A stretch of DNA of 64,000 nt from Clostridia bacterium (lineage in GTDB: Bacteria > Bacillota > Clostridia > Oscillospirales > CAG-382): NCBI GenBank assembly GCA_017561145.1, contig JAFZDO010000008.1, positions 489 through 64,488 on the forward strand, written 5' to 3'. The notes under the pieces are model-generated. The model was not told where the DNA came from. It did not search any database and saw only the letters and a list, made by a program, of their open reading frames with translations. Shown piece by piece: positions 7,644 to 18,500 of this stretch (its first letter is position 1; each line of letters opens with the position of its first letter). The position numbers and the translations under genes are program-made.

Positions 7644-8840
7644 ATGGCAAAGATTCAAATGAAAACGCCGCTCGTCGAAATGGACGGCGACGAAATGACG
7701 AGAATAATCTGGCAACAGATAAAGGATATTCTTCTTAATCCCTATATCGACCTCAAGACCGAATATTACGACCTCGGTCTTGAACACCGTAATGAAACGA
7801 ACGATCAGGTAACTATCGATTCGGCAAACGCTACGAAGAAATACGGCGTTGCGGTTAAGTGTGCGACTATCACACCCAACGCGGCAAGAATGACCGAATA
7901 TAACCTTAAGGAAATGTGGAAATCCCCCAACGGCACCATCCGTGCGATCCTCGACGGTACCGTTTTCCGTACCCCGATAATCGTAAAGGGAATTCCTCCC
8001 TACGTTCGCAACTGGACTAAGCCTATCTCTATCGCACGTCACGCATACGGCGATATCTATAAGGCAACCGAAATGAAGGTCGGCGCGGATTGCAAGGCAG
8101 AGCTTGTCGTTACCGATAAAAACGGCAACGAAACCCGTGCGCTTATCCACGATTTCAAGACCGCCGGTATAATACAGGGCGTTCACAACCTTGAAAAGAG
8201 TATAGAAGGCTTTGCAAGAAGCTGCTTTAACTATGCGCTCGATATGAAGATGGACCTTTGGTTCTCCTCCAAGGACACCATAAGCAAGACCTACGACCAC
8301 CGATTCAAGGATATCTTTGCCGAAATATTCGAAAACGAATATAAGGAAAAGTTCGAAGAAGCGGGAATCGAATACTTCTACACCCTTATCGACGATGCCG
8401 TTGCACGCGTTATCCGTTCCGAGGGCGGCTTTATCTGGGCTTGCAAGAATTATGACGGCGACGTTATGAGCGATATGGTCTCCACCGCCTACGGCTCGCT
8501 TGCGATGATGACGAGCGTTCTCGTTTCTCCCGACGGAATCTATGAATACGAAGCGGCACACGGCACGGTTCAGCGCCACTATTATAACCACTTAAAGGGC
8601 TTGCCCACGTCTACGAATTCGGTCGCAACCATTTTCGCTTGGACGGGCGCTTTGAGAAAGCGCGGTGAATTGGACGGAATCGACGAGCTGATAGAATTTG
8701 CCGATAAGCTTGAGAAAGCTTGTATCGATACCATCGAATCGGGCGTTATGACCAAGGACCTTTACCTTATCTCCACGCTTGAAAACAAAACTCAAGTGAA
8801 TACAGTAGAATTTTTGGAAGCCATCGCTTCAAGACTTTAA
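7644..8840 (+). CDS. icd: NADP-dependent isocitrate dehydrogenase (eukaryote-like homodimeric subfamily)
   Basis: 398 aa. The N-terminus [17 protein letters not shown] and the overall length are typical of the IDH1/2-like subfamily. Confidence 0.9.
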   Translation: MAKIQMKTPLVEMDGDEMTRIIWQQIKDILLNPYIDLKTEYYDLGLEHRNETNDQVTIDSANATKKYGVAVKCATITPNAARMTEYNLKEMWKSPNGTIRAILDGTVFRTPIIVKGIPPYVRNWTKPISIARHAYGDIYKATEMKVGADCKAELVVTDKNGNETRALIHDFKTAGIIQGVHNLEKSIEGFARSCFNYALDMKMDLWFSSKDTISKTYDHRFKDIFAEIFENEYKEKFEEAGIEYFYTLIDDAVARVIRSEGGFIWACKNYDGDVMSDMVSTAYGSLAMMTSVLVSPDGIYEYEAAHGTVQRHYYNHLKGLPTSTNSVATIFAWTGALRKRGELDGIDELIEFADKLEKACIDTIESGVMTKDLYLISTLENKTQVNTVEFLEAIASRL

Positions 8841-8850
8841 TAAAAAATTA

Positions 8851-8887
8851 AGCCGGTACGGACAAATTTCCGTATCGGCTGTTTTTT
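8851..8887 (+). terminator. Intrinsic terminator after icd
   Basis: Stem AGCCGGTACGGA/TCCGTATCGGCT followed by GTTTTTT. Confidence 0.75.
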
Positions 8888-8969
8888 CCTTTAAACTTCC
8901 GTAAGCAATATAACTCGCGAAGCGAATATAACTGTCAAGGTGTACCGAGTGCACACAATGACTACGGGG

Positions 8970-8998
8970 TTGACTTTTGTAATAATATGTGGTATAAT
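8970..8998 (+). promoter_or_regulatory. sigma-A type promoter (TTGACT-17-TATAAT, extended TG) for the GT2 gene
   Basis: TTGACTtttgtaataatatgtggTATAAT. Confidence 0.65.
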
Positions 8999-9030
8999 TT
9001 CGCCAACATTAATGACCACGGAGGATAATC

Positions 9031-10317
9031 GTGGATATTCAGGATATATTTACAATATGTAATATCATACTTACCGCTTCGTTTGTTATCTGCTATATAT
9101 ATCAGTTTTTCTATATCTTCTGGGTATTTCTCGGAAAAGATAAATCGCAACCCGTTCAAAGCGACAAGCTTAATAAATTCGGCGTTATAATCAGCGCCCG
9201 TGACGAGGAAAACGTTATCGGACATCTTCTTGAAAGTATAAACCGTCAGGATTATCCGAAGGAGCTTATCAAGATCTTCCTCATCGCCGATAACTGCACC
9301 GATAATACCGCGCAGGTCGGCAGAGAACACGGCGCGATCGTGCTCGAGCGTAACAATAAGGAGCTTATCGGTAAAGGCTATGCGCTCGATTTCCTTTTCA
9401 AAAAGCTTATTGCCGAAAAGGACGATTGCGATGCTTATATCGTTTTCGATGCCGATAACCTTGTCGATAAAAATTTCGTCAAGGAAATGAATATCAACTT
9501 CAACCGCGGCTATAAAGCGCTCACCAGCTACCGTAACTCCAAAAACTACGGTACCAACTGGATCTCCGCAGGCTATTCGCTCTGGTTCCTGCGTGAAGCA
9601 AAGTATCTTAACCACGCAAGAATGCGCTTTAACACCTCCTGTGCTATCTCGGGCACGGGCTTCTGTATCAGCCGTGAGATTATCGAAGGCAACGGCGGCT
9701 GGCCCTATCACTTGCTTACCGAGGATATCGAATTTTCAACCGATATGGCGGTTCGCGGCGTTAAGATAGGCTACAGCGGCGGCTCGATAGTTTACGATGA
9801 ACAGCCCGAAACCTTCAGACAGTCGTGGAGACAGCGTCTCCGTTGGTCGAAGGGCTTCTATCAGGTGTTCGGCAAATACGGCGGAAAGCTTTTCAAGGGC
9901 ATTTTCAGGGGTAAATTCGCTTGCTACGATATGCTCATGACGATCTTCCCCGCGCTTATGTTCACCATCCTCTCGCTTTGCTGCTGTATCGCGGAATTTA
10001 TCTACGGTATGACGATATTTGCCGATTATCCCGAATTTTCGGTGTTCTTCGAGTTCTGTATGGTCCCCGTGCTCTATTTCTGCTCGATAATTTATATGCT
10101 TATATTCATCGTCGGATTTATCACGCTTATTACCGAATGGGACGTTATCGACTGTCCTCCCGGCAAGATAATCAAGTACCTCTTCACCTTCCCGATATTT
10201 ATGCTCTCCTATTGCCCCATCGCAATAGCGGCAATATTCAAAAAGGTTGAATGGACTCCCATCAAGCACAGCGTAACAAAATCCATCGACGACGTTCAGT
10301 CCACAACAGAAGAATAA
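9031..10317 (+). CDS. Membrane-embedded family-2 glycosyltransferase, processive synthase type
   Basis: GTG start 6 nt after GGAGG. It has an N-terminal TM, a GT-A domain with DxD (FDADN), TED, and the Q(R/Q)xRW motif (QRLRWSKG), followed by about 4 C-terminal TM helices. Confidence 0.8.
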   Translation: MDIQDIFTICNIILTASFVICYIYQFFYIFWVFLGKDKSQPVQSDKLNKFGVIISARDEENVIGHLLESINRQDYPKELIKIFLIADNCTDNTAQVGREHGAIVLERNNKELIGKGYALDFLFKKLIAEKDDCDAYIVFDADNLVDKNFVKEMNINFNRGYKALTSYRNSKNYGTNWISAGYSLWFLREAKYLNHARMRFNTSCAISGTGFCISREIIEGNGGWPYHLLTEDIEFSTDMAVRGVKIGYSGGSIVYDEQPETFRQSWRQRLRWSKGFYQVFGKYGGKLFKGIFRGKFACYDMLMTIFPALMFTILSLCCCIAEFIYGMTIFADYPEFSVFFEFCMVPVLYFCSIIYMLIFIVGFITLITEWDVIDCPPGKIIKYLFTFPIFMLSYCPIAIAAIFKKVEWTPIKHSVTKSIDDVQSTTEE

Positions 10318-10325
10318 CGCACAAT

Positions 10326-10362
10326 AAGTCCGAAGCGTAAATGCCTCGGACTTATCTTTTTT
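10326..10362 (+). terminator. Intrinsic terminator after the GT2 gene
   Basis: Stem AAGTCCGA/TCGGACTT followed by ATCTTTTTT. Confidence 0.7.
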
Positions 10363-10370
10363 CCTCTTGT

Positions 10371-10401
10371 CGAACATTTGTTCTTGACAAACATACGTTC
10401 G
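10371..10401. promoter_or_regulatory. Two Cheo-type LexA boxes (SOS operators)
   Basis: CGAACATTTGTTCT (10371..10384) fits GAAC-N4-GTTC exactly. CAAACATACGTTCG (10388..10401) has one mismatch to CGAAC-N4-GTTCG. Together they bracket the -35 and spacer of the dinB promoter. Confidence 0.75.
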
Positions 10402-10412
10402 GGTGATAAAAT
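10384..10412 (+). promoter_or_regulatory. sigma-A type promoter, TTGACA-17-TAAAAT, for dinB
   Basis: TTGACAaacatacgttcgggtgaTAAAAT. Confidence 0.65.
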
Positions 10413-10445
10413 AATATCCGAACGAAAAAAGGGGAGTGAAGAGAT

Positions 10446-11732
10446 ATGTATATGGGATATAACGACGGCTCGGCATTAATGAGAACGTCGAATTTCCGTG
10501 AAAAGTCAGACGACGGAGCAACCGAAAAAAGAAAGAGCCGCACGATATTGCATTGCGATGCAAATTCTTTTTTTGCCTCCTGCGAAACGGCGATACACCC
10601 CGAATACGCATCGGTTCCTATGGCGGTCTGCGGAAGCGTTGAGGAACGGCACGGTATCGTGCTTGCCCGAAACGAGCTTGCGAAAAAATACGGTGTCACG
10701 ACCGCCGAGCCTGTCTGGCAGGCAAAAAACAAATGCCCTCAGCTTGTCACCGTCCGCCCTACCTACGGGCTTTATTCCGAAATGTCCGAAAAAATGAACA
10801 AAATATTTTACGATTATACCGACTGTGTCGAGCCGTTCGGGATCGACGAAAGCTGGCTTGACGTAAGCGGCTCCTTTAAGCTTTTCGGAAACGGAAAAAG
10901 CATTGCCGACAGCATCCGCGAAAGGATAAAAAACGAGCTTAACATAACCGTTTCTGTCGGAGTTTCCTTTAATAAGGTCTTTGCGAAGCTCGGAAGCGAT
11001 ATGAAAAAGCCGAACGCAACGACGGTCATCCCGCGTGAGCGTTTTGTCCCGATAGTCTGGCCTCTGCCGGTTTCCGATTTACTTTTCGTCGGCTCGTCGA
11101 CGACAAAGGCGCTGAACCGAATCGGGGTATATTCAATAGGCGATCTTGCCTGCTGTGACGAATCGGTCATACGTAAAAATCTCGGAAAAAACGGAATTTT
11201 GCTCCGTGAGTTTGCGCGCGGCAACGATTATTCCGAGGTGACGGTAAGCGGCTACGAGCCTACTCCTAAATCGGTAAGCAACGGTATGACCTTTCGCGAA
11301 AATCTAAAAACGCGTGATGATATCTCGTTTGCGATAACCTATCTTTCAATGTCGGTCGCCGAGCGGTTAAGACGGCATAAGCTCTGCTGTAACAACGTAG
11401 CGGTTACGGTAAGATTGCCCGACCTGACGGCATTTTCCCATTCGGTGTCGCTTGCCCATCCGACCTGCCTGTGTAAAGAAATATCCAAGGTCGCGCTTTC
11501 GCTCGTATATGCGAAAAAGGCGATGTGGGAGGAGATATATTCGGTAACGGTGCACGCCGAAAAATTAACGCCCGAGGGCGATTTCGGCTATCAGCAAAAG
11601 CTTTTTCCCGAGGCGTGGGAGAAAAAATACGAAAAGAGCCACTCTCTAGAAGCTGCGGTCGATTCCATCCGCGAAAGGTTCGGAAAAAGCGCCGTCAAAA
11701 TAGCCTCTGCGATCGATAACCGATTGGTATAA
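10446..11732 (+). CDS. dinB: Y-family DNA polymerase (DNA polymerase IV)
   Basis: ILHCDANSFFASCE (the catalytic Asp motif of the ImpB/UmuC/DinB family), SIDE-like GIDESWLD, and a little-finger region. The exact start is uncertain (10446, 10452 or 10479). Confidence 0.85.
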   Translation: MYMGYNDGSALMRTSNFREKSDDGATEKRKSRTILHCDANSFFASCETAIHPEYASVPMAVCGSVEERHGIVLARNELAKKYGVTTAEPVWQAKNKCPQLVTVRPTYGLYSEMSEKMNKIFYDYTDCVEPFGIDESWLDVSGSFKLFGNGKSIADSIRERIKNELNITVSVGVSFNKVFAKLGSDMKKPNATTVIPRERFVPIVWPLPVSDLLFVGSSTTKALNRIGVYSIGDLACCDESVIRKNLGKNGILLREFARGNDYSEVTVSGYEPTPKSVSNGMTFRENLKTRDDISFAITYLSMSVAERLRRHKLCCNNVAVTVRLPDLTAFSHSVSLAHPTCLCKEISKVALSLVYAKKAMWEEIYSVTVHAEKLTPEGDFGYQQKLFPEAWEKKYEKSHSLEAAVDSIRERFGKSAVKIASAIDNRLV

Positions 11733-11758
11733 AAACTGAAAAAATTCATTATATCCTC

Positions 11759-11787
11759 TTTTAATTTAAATGAAAATGTGATATAAT
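11759..11787 (+). promoter_or_regulatory. Possible internal extended -10 promoter upstream of uvrB
   Basis: TGaTATAAT at 11779..11787 with a weak -35 (TTTTAA). No GAAC-N4-GTTC box occurs in 11733..11840. Confidence 0.35.
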
Positions 11788-11840
11788 AATACGATTTACG
11801 AAGAAAATCAACGAAATCTCAAAAAAAGGGGTGTTTTTGT

Positions 11841-13796
11841 ATGGATAAGTTCGATCTCGTGTCTGATTTTGCGCCTACGGGCGACCAGCCCGAAGCGATC
11901 GACGCGCTTGTTAACGGCATAATGAACGGCGACCGTGACCAAACGCTTATCGGCGTAACCGGCTCGGGTAAGACCTTTACAATGGCAAACGTCATCGCAC
12001 GTGCAAACCGCCCTGCGATCATACTTGAACCCAACAAAACCCTTGCCGCGCAGGTCTGCTCGGAAATGCGTGAATTCTTTCCGAACAACGCGGTTGAGTT
12101 TTTTGTTTCCTATTACGATTACTATCAGCCCGAGGCATACGTCCCCGGCAAGGACGTTTATATCGAAAAGGATGCGGCTGTCAATAACGAGATAGATAAG
12201 CTCCGCCATTCGGCAACGAGCGCGCTTTTTGAAAGGCGCGACGTTATAATCGTTGCTTCGGTAAGCTGTATTTATTCGCTCGGTGACCCCGAGGAATACG
12301 CACAACAGGTGCTGTCCATCCGCCGCGGCTCGACCTTTGCGCGCGATGACGTCATCAAGCGCCTCGTATCGCTTCAGTATGCAAGAAGCGATATCGGATT
12401 CGAGCGTAACAATTTCCGCGTGCGCGGTGACGTGCTCGATATTTTCCCGTCAAACACCGATACCGATGCTGTAAGAGTTGAATTTTTCGGTGACGAGGTC
12501 GACCGAATCTGCAAGATCAACGTCGTCACGGGCGAAGCGGTTGCAGATATGTCCCACGTTGCAATATATCCCGCATCGCACTACGTTACCTCGTCGGAAA
12601 CTCGAAAAAAGGCACTCGACGATATAATTGCCGAGCTTGACGAAAGAATCGCCTATTTCGAAAGCCAAAATAAATTTATCGAGGCACAACGCATCCGCGA
12701 GAGAACGATGTTCGACGTCGAGCAAATACGCGAGATCGGATTTTGCAACGGTGTCGAAAACTATTCACGCGTGCTTTCGGGACGTGAGCCGGGAAGTGCA
12801 CCCTATACTCTTCTCGATTATTTCCCCTCGGATTATCTCGTGTTCGTCGATGAAAGCCACGTAATGCTTCCGCAAATACGCGGTATGGCGGCAGGCGACC
12901 GTGCGAGAAAGCAAAATCTTATCGATTACGGCTTCCGCTTGCCCTCCGCTTACGATAACCGACCGCTCGTTTTCGATGAATTCGATGAAAAACGCGGTCA
13001 AACCGTCTACGTCAGCGCAACTCCAAAGGAATACGAACGCAACCTTTCGACCCGCCTTGTCGAGCAGATAATCCGTCCCACGGGCTTGCTCGATCCTATC
13101 GTCGAGGTACGTCCGACAAAGGGACAGATCGACGACCTTGCGGGCGAGATACGCATCCGCGCCGCAAGGAAGGAACGCGTTTTGGTCACAACGCTCACCA
13201 AAAAAATGGCGGAGGACCTTACCGAATTTTTCGAGCTTTCGGGCATCCGCTCAAGATATATGCATTACGATATCGACACGATGGAAAGAATGGACATCCT
13301 TCGCGGTCTGCGTGCAGGCGAATTCGACGTGCTTGTCGGTATAAACCTGCTGCGTGAAGGTCTTGACCTGCCCGAGGTATCGCTCGTTGCGATTTTGGAC
13401 GCCGATAAAGAGGGCTTTTTGCGAAGCGAGATATCGCTCGTGCAGACGATCGGACGTGCCGCGCGTAACGCCGAGGGTACGGTCATAATGTATGCCGATA
13501 CCGAAACCGGCTCGATGAAGCGCGCGATAGACGAAACAAACCGTCGCCGCCGTATACAGCAGGCGTATAACGAAAAGCACGGCATCACGCCCAAAACCAT
13601 CGTCAAGGATATTCGCGCTCCTATCGAGATAACCTCGAAGAAGGAAGCCGAAAAATTAGAAAAGAACAAGAATATGAGCAAGGAAGATAAGAAGAAGCTT
13701 ATCGATAAGCTCACCGCAGAAATGAAGCGCGCCGCAAAGGATCTCGATTTCGAAACGGCGGCATTCATTCGCGATAAGATAAGAAGATTGATGTAG
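11841..13796 (+). CDS. uvrB: Excinuclease ABC subunit B
   Basis: 651 aa. It has [13 protein letters not shown] (Walker A), helicase motifs, and a C-terminal UVR domain ([14 protein letters not shown]). Confidence 0.97.
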   Translation: MDKFDLVSDFAPTGDQPEAIDALVNGIMNGDRDQTLIGVTGSGKTFTMANVIARANRPAIILEPNKTLAAQVCSEMREFFPNNAVEFFVSYYDYYQPEAYVPGKDVYIEKDAAVNNEIDKLRHSATSALFERRDVIIVASVSCIYSLGDPEEYAQQVLSIRRGSTFARDDVIKRLVSLQYARSDIGFERNNFRVRGDVLDIFPSNTDTDAVRVEFFGDEVDRICKINVVTGEAVADMSHVAIYPASHYVTSSETRKKALDDIIAELDERIAYFESQNKFIEAQRIRERTMFDVEQIREIGFCNGVENYSRVLSGREPGSAPYTLLDYFPSDYLVFVDESHVMLPQIRGMAAGDRARKQNLIDYGFRLPSAYDNRPLVFDEFDEKRGQTVYVSATPKEYERNLSTRLVEQIIRPTGLLDPIVEVRPTKGQIDDLAGEIRIRAARKERVLVTTLTKKMAEDLTEFFELSGIRSRYMHYDIDTMERMDILRGLRAGEFDVLVGINLLREGLDLPEVSLVAILDADKEGFLRSEISLVQTIGRAARNAEGTVIMYADTETGSMKRAIDETNRRRRIQQAYNEKHGITPKTIVKDIRAPIEITSKKEAEKLEKNKNMSKEDKKKLIDKLTAEMKRAAKDLDFETAAFIRDKIRRLM

Positions 13797-13808
13797 CAGG
13801 AGAAAACT

Positions 13809-16619
13809 ATGTCGGATAAAATCGTTGTAAAGGGCGCACGCGTCCACAATTTAAAAAATATCGACGTTACCATCCCGCGCGACAAGCTCGTTGTTTTCAC
13901 GGGGCTTTCGGGCTCGGGTAAGTCAAGCCTTGCCTTCGATACCCTTTACGCCGAGGGACACAGACGCTTCGTCGAATCGCTTTCGTCCTATGCGAGAATG
14001 TTTCTCGGACAGCTCGATAAGCCCGACGTTGATCTTATCGAGGGCTTGTCCCCTGCGATTTCCATCGACCAGAAGACCACCTCGCGCAATCCGCGCTCGA
14101 CGGTGGGCACCGCGACCGAGATTTACGATTATCTCCGTTTGCTCTATGCGCGTATCGGTGTTCCGCACTGTCCGATATGCGGCGAGGAAATAAAGCAGCA
14201 ATCGATCGACGAGATAGTTGCGCGCGTGTGTGAATTGCCCCAAGGCACCCGCTTTATGGTGCTTGCGCCCGTCGTTTCGGCGCAAAAGGGTATGCACGAA
14301 AAGGTTTTTGAATCGGCGCGCAAAAGCGGTTACGTTCGCGTTCGTGTCGACGGCAATATGTATGACCTTTCCGAAACGATAAATCTCGATAAAAATATAA
14401 AGCACGATATCGATATAATCGTTGACCGTCTTGTAATGAAGGGCGAGGAAATGCGCTCGCGCCTTGCAGAAAGCCTTGAAACGGCATCCAAGCTTGCAAA
14501 CGGTATAATAAAGATACTTCTCCCCGATGCGGAGGAGGATAACGAAATAACCTTTTCCCAAAACTATGCGTGTAAGACCCACGGCATCTCCGTCGGTGAG
14601 CTTACTCCGAGAATGTTCTCCTTCAACAACCCCGCAGGAGCCTGCGAGGCGTGCGGCGGCTTGGGTGAAAACAACGTATTTTCCGAAGAAAAGCTTATCC
14701 CCGATAAAAGCCTTTCGCTCTTCGGCGGCGCGGTGATATGCAACGGCTTTAAAAGCGCCGAGCCGGGCGGATATTTTGCCGAGCTTATAAATTCGGTCGG
14801 CAGATATCACGGCTTTGACGTCCATACGCCCATTATGAATTACTCCGAGGAAGCATTCAATATCCTTATGTACGGCAACAAGCGCAAGCGCAAATCGGTT
14901 TCCGAGCCGTCGTTTAAGGGTATAATCGGTATGATCGACCACCGCTATAAAATGGGCGGCGGTTATGAGGCGCGCGAATATTACGAGCAGTTTATGGATT
15001 ATATCCCCTGTCCCGAATGTCACGGCAAGCGACTTAAAAACGAATCTCTCGCGGTGACCGTCGGCGGACTTAATATTTCCGACCTCTGCTCGAAATCGGT
15101 CGTCGAGGTACGCAAATTCTTTGCGAGCTTGAAATTAAGCCAAACCGAAGCCGAAATCGCAAAAGAGATACTCAAGGAGATAAATTCACGCCTTTCCTTC
15201 CTCGAAAACGTCGGACTCGGCTATCTCACGCTTTCGCGTAAGGCGGGCTCGCTTTCGGGCGGCGAGGCACAGCGTATACGTCTTGCAACTCAAATAGGCA
15301 GTGCGCTCGTCGGCGTTATGTACGTTCTTGACGAGCCGAGCATCGGCTTGCACCAACGCGACAACCGAAAGCTTATAAACACGCTTAAAAAGCTCCGCGA
15401 TATCGGAAACACCGTGCTTGTCGTCGAGCACGACGAGGAAACTATTGAGGAAGCAGACTATATCGTCGATATAGGCCCTGGCGCAGGCATCCACGGCGGC
15501 AACGTGATATTCACGGGTACGCCCGCGCAGATAAAGAAATGCAAGGAATCGATAACAGGACAGTACCTTTCGGGCAAAAAGGCGGTTTCGGTACCCACAA
15601 CACGCAGAAAGGGCAACGGCGGCTTTATTACCGTTGTCGGCGCAAATGAAAACAATTTAAAGGATATCGACGTTACCTTCCCGTTGGGCAAATTCGTTTG
15701 TGTTACCGGTGTTTCGGGCTCGGGTAAATCGAGTCTTGTCAACGCCGTGCTTTATAATACTCTTGCACGCAAATTAGGCAGACTTTCGGTGCTTCCCGGC
15801 AAGCATAAGGAGATCGTCGGTGCCGAGGAAATAGACAAGATAATCCAGATCGATCAATCGCCGATAGGAAGAAATCCACGCTCCAACCCCGCGACCTATA
15901 TCGGTCTTTTCAACGATATCCGCGCGGTGTTTGCCTCCACCCCCGACGCCCGTGCGCGCGGCTATAACGACGGCAGATTTTCCTTTAACGTCAAGGGCGG
16001 TCGCTGTGAGGCTTGTAAGGGCGACGGTACTCTCACCATCGAAATGCACTTCCTGCCCGACGTTTACGTTACCTGTGACGTCTGCAAGGGCAGAAGATAT
16101 AACCACGAAACTCTTGAGATCAAATATAAAGGCAAATCGATTTATGACGTGCTCGAAATGACCTGCGACGAGGGTAGGGAATTCTTCGAAAATTACCCCT
16201 CGATCAAGCGCAAGCTCGATACGATGTGTGACGTCGGATTGGGATATATCAAAATAGGTCAGCCCTCGACGACGCTTTCGGGCGGCGAGGCACAGCGCGT
16301 AAAATTGGCAAACGAGCTTTCGCGCCGTGCAACGGGCAAAACCCTTTACGTGCTCGACGAGCCTACCACGGGCTTGCATACCGATGACGTAAACAAGCTT
16401 GTAAGCGTTTTGCAAAAGCTTGTCGATGCAGGCAACTCGGTAATCGTTATCGAGCATAATCTCGACCTTATAAAGACCGCCGACTATATCATCGATATGG
16501 GTCCCGACGGCGGCGATGCAGGCGGCAGAGTCATTGCAAAGGGCACTCCCGAGGAGGTTGCCGCAAACGAAGACAGCTATACGGGACTTTATTTAAGAGA
16601 TAAACTCAAGAATCTGTAA
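13809..16619 (+). CDS. uvrA: Excinuclease ABC subunit A
   Basis: 936 aa. It has two ABC modules ([20 protein letters not shown]), zinc-finger Cys clusters, and LSGGEAQR twice. Confidence 0.97.
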   Translation: MSDKIVVKGARVHNLKNIDVTIPRDKLVVFTGLSGSGKSSLAFDTLYAEGHRRFVESLSSYARMFLGQLDKPDVDLIEGLSPAISIDQKTTSRNPRSTVGTATEIYDYLRLLYARIGVPHCPICGEEIKQQSIDEIVARVCELPQGTRFMVLAPVVSAQKGMHEKVFESARKSGYVRVRVDGNMYDLSETINLDKNIKHDIDIIVDRLVMKGEEMRSRLAESLETASKLANGIIKILLPDAEEDNEITFSQNYACKTHGISVGELTPRMFSFNNPAGACEACGGLGENNVFSEEKLIPDKSLSLFGGAVICNGFKSAEPGGYFAELINSVGRYHGFDVHTPIMNYSEEAFNILMYGNKRKRKSVSEPSFKGIIGMIDHRYKMGGGYEAREYYEQFMDYIPCPECHGKRLKNESLAVTVGGLNISDLCSKSVVEVRKFFASLKLSQTEAEIAKEILKEINSRLSFLENVGLGYLTLSRKAGSLSGGEAQRIRLATQIGSALVGVMYVLDEPSIGLHQRDNRKLINTLKKLRDIGNTVLVVEHDEETIEEADYIVDIGPGAGIHGGNVIFTGTPAQIKKCKESITGQYLSGKKAVSVPTTRRKGNGGFITVVGANENNLKDIDVTFPLGKFVCVTGVSGSGKSSLVNAVLYNTLARKLGRLSVLPGKHKEIVGAEEIDKIIQIDQSPIGRNPRSNPATYIGLFNDIRAVFASTPDARARGYNDGRFSFNVKGGRCEACKGDGTLTIEMHFLPDVYVTCDVCKGRRYNHETLEIKYKGKSIYDVLEMTCDEGREFFENYPSIKRKLDTMCDVGLGYIKIGQPSTTLSGGEAQRVKLANELSRRATGKTLYVLDEPTTGLHTDDVNKLVSVLQKLVDAGNSVIVIEHNLDLIKTADYIIDMGPDGGDAGGRVIAKGTPEEVAANEDSYTGLYLRDKLKNL

Positions 16620-16634
16620 ATTGGAGAAATAAAA

Positions 16635-18500
16635 GTGAGTAATTACGAAAAATACGCACCGCTGCTCGAATGCGTTGAAAAGCCGGGCAGATACGTCGGC
16701 GGCGAATATTCGTCGGACGTTCCCAACCCCGAAAATGCAGAACTCCGCGTCTGCTTCTGCTTCCCCGATATTTACGAGATAGGCATGTCCAACCTCGGTA
16801 TGAAAATACTTCAGGGCAACTTCAACAACAGCGGATATATCTGCTGTGAGCGAAGCTATATGCCCTGGCCCGATATGCGCGAGCAGTTAATAAAGCACGA
16901 TCTTCCTCTGTATGCGCTCGAAAGCGGCGATGCAATAAATAAGTTCGATATCGTCGCATTCACGCTTCAGTACGAGCTTTCCTATACGAACGTCATCGCA
17001 ATGCTCGGCTTGGGAAAGATCCCCCTTCTTTCGAAGGACAGAAGCGAAGCCGATCCGATCATCATCGCCGGCGGCCCCTGTGCCTACAACCCCGAGCCTA
17101 TCGCCGATTTTATCGATATCTTTTCGATAGGAGAGGGCGAGGAGGCTCTGCTCGAGCTTACCGCGCTTATCAGAGATTGCAAAAAAGAGGGTATAAGCAG
17201 GGAAGAGATACTTTACCGCGCGTCACAGCTTGAAGGCTTTTACGTTCCCTCGCTTTACACCGTAACCTATAACGCCGACGGAACGGTCGCTTCGTTTGCG
17301 CCCAACCGCGAAAACGTACCCGCAACAATCAGAAAACGCATAATCGAAAATCTTGATAACGTTTATTTCCCCTGCAAGTGCGCCGTTCCCTTCCTTGAAA
17401 CGGTTCACGACAGAGTAATGCTTGAGGTCTTCCGCGGCTGTATTCGCGGATGCCGCTTCTGTCAGGCGGGTATGATCTACCGTCCCTACCGTGAAAAATC
17501 ACCTTCGGTGCTTAACGAAAACGCGCGTACCTCGATCGAAAACAGCGGCTATTCCGAAATTTCACTCACCTCGCTCTCTATCAGCGACTATACGCATCTC
17601 CGCGAGCTTATAAACGGGCTTTTGGAATGGACCGACGATAAGAAGGTAAATCTTTCGCTCCCCTCGATGAGAATCGATAATTTCTATGAGGAGCTGCTCG
17701 AAAAGGTTTCGTCCGTCCGTAAGAGCGGTCTTACCTTTGCGCCCGAGGCGGGCACGCAAAGACTCCGTGACGTTATTAACAAGAACATAACCGAACAAGA
17801 GATCATTTCTGCCTGCGAAAAGGCGTTTGACGGCGGAAGAAGCAGCTTGAAGCTTTATTTCATGAACGGCCTTCCCACCGAAACCGACGAGGATATCAAG
17901 GGCATCGCTTCGCTCGGTCAGAATATCGTCGATACATATTACTCCAAAAAACGCTTTGGCGGCGGCAGAGGAGTAAACGTAACAGTCAGCGTTTCCTGCT
18001 TCGTGCCCAAGCCCTTCACCCCCTTCCAATGGGAGCCTCAGGACAGCCTCGAGGAGCTCGAGCGTAAGCAAGCGCTTCTTCGCTCGGCGATCACCACCAA
18101 AAAGATCTCCTACAAATATCACGATGCACGCGTGTCGCGCATCGAGGCGGTTTTCGCACGCGGCGACAGAAAATTGGGCGCGGCTCTGCTCGAAGCATAT
18201 AACCGCAATATGATGCTCGACGGCTGGGACGAATATTTCAGCTATGATAAATGGATCGACGTGTTCGAATCCTGCGGCATCGACCCCGCATTCTATGCAA
18301 ACCGCCGCTTCGGTATCGACGAAATACTTCCTTGGGACTTTATCGATATCGGCGTGACCAAAAAATTTATGAAGAACGAATATGCACGCTCGCTTAAAGC
18401 CGAAACTACTCCCGATTGCCGCACAAAGTGCTCGGGCTGCGGTGCAAAATCGCTCTGCAACGGCAAATGCGTCTGCGACGGAGGTGACAACAATGGCTGA
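16635..18500 (+). CDS. B12-binding-domain radical SAM protein, TIGR03960-like, function unknown
   Basis: GTG start after GGAGA. It has an N-terminal B12-like domain and CxxxCxxC (FRGCIRGCRFCQAG). The length and C-terminal Cys-rich tail are typical of this family. Confidence 0.75.
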   Translation: MSNYEKYAPLLECVEKPGRYVGGEYSSDVPNPENAELRVCFCFPDIYEIGMSNLGMKILQGNFNNSGYICCERSYMPWPDMREQLIKHDLPLYALESGDAINKFDIVAFTLQYELSYTNVIAMLGLGKIPLLSKDRSEADPIIIAGGPCAYNPEPIADFIDIFSIGEGEEALLELTALIRDCKKEGISREEILYRASQLEGFYVPSLYTVTYNADGTVASFAPNRENVPATIRKRIIENLDNVYFPCKCAVPFLETVHDRVMLEVFRGCIRGCRFCQAGMIYRPYREKSPSVLNENARTSIENSGYSEISLTSLSISDYTHLRELINGLLEWTDDKKVNLSLPSMRIDNFYEELLEKVSSVRKSGLTFAPEAGTQRLRDVINKNITEQEIISACEKAFDGGRSSLKLYFMNGLPTETDEDIKGIASLGQNIVDTYYSKKRFGGGRGVNVTVSVSCFVPKPFTPFQWEPQDSLEELERKQALLRSAITTKKISYKYHDARVSRIEAVFARGDRKLGAALLEAYNRNMMLDGWDEYFSYDKWIDVFESCGIDPAFYANRRFGIDEILPWDFIDIGVTKKFMKNEYARSLKAETTPDCRTKCSGCGAKSLCNGKCVCDGGDNNG

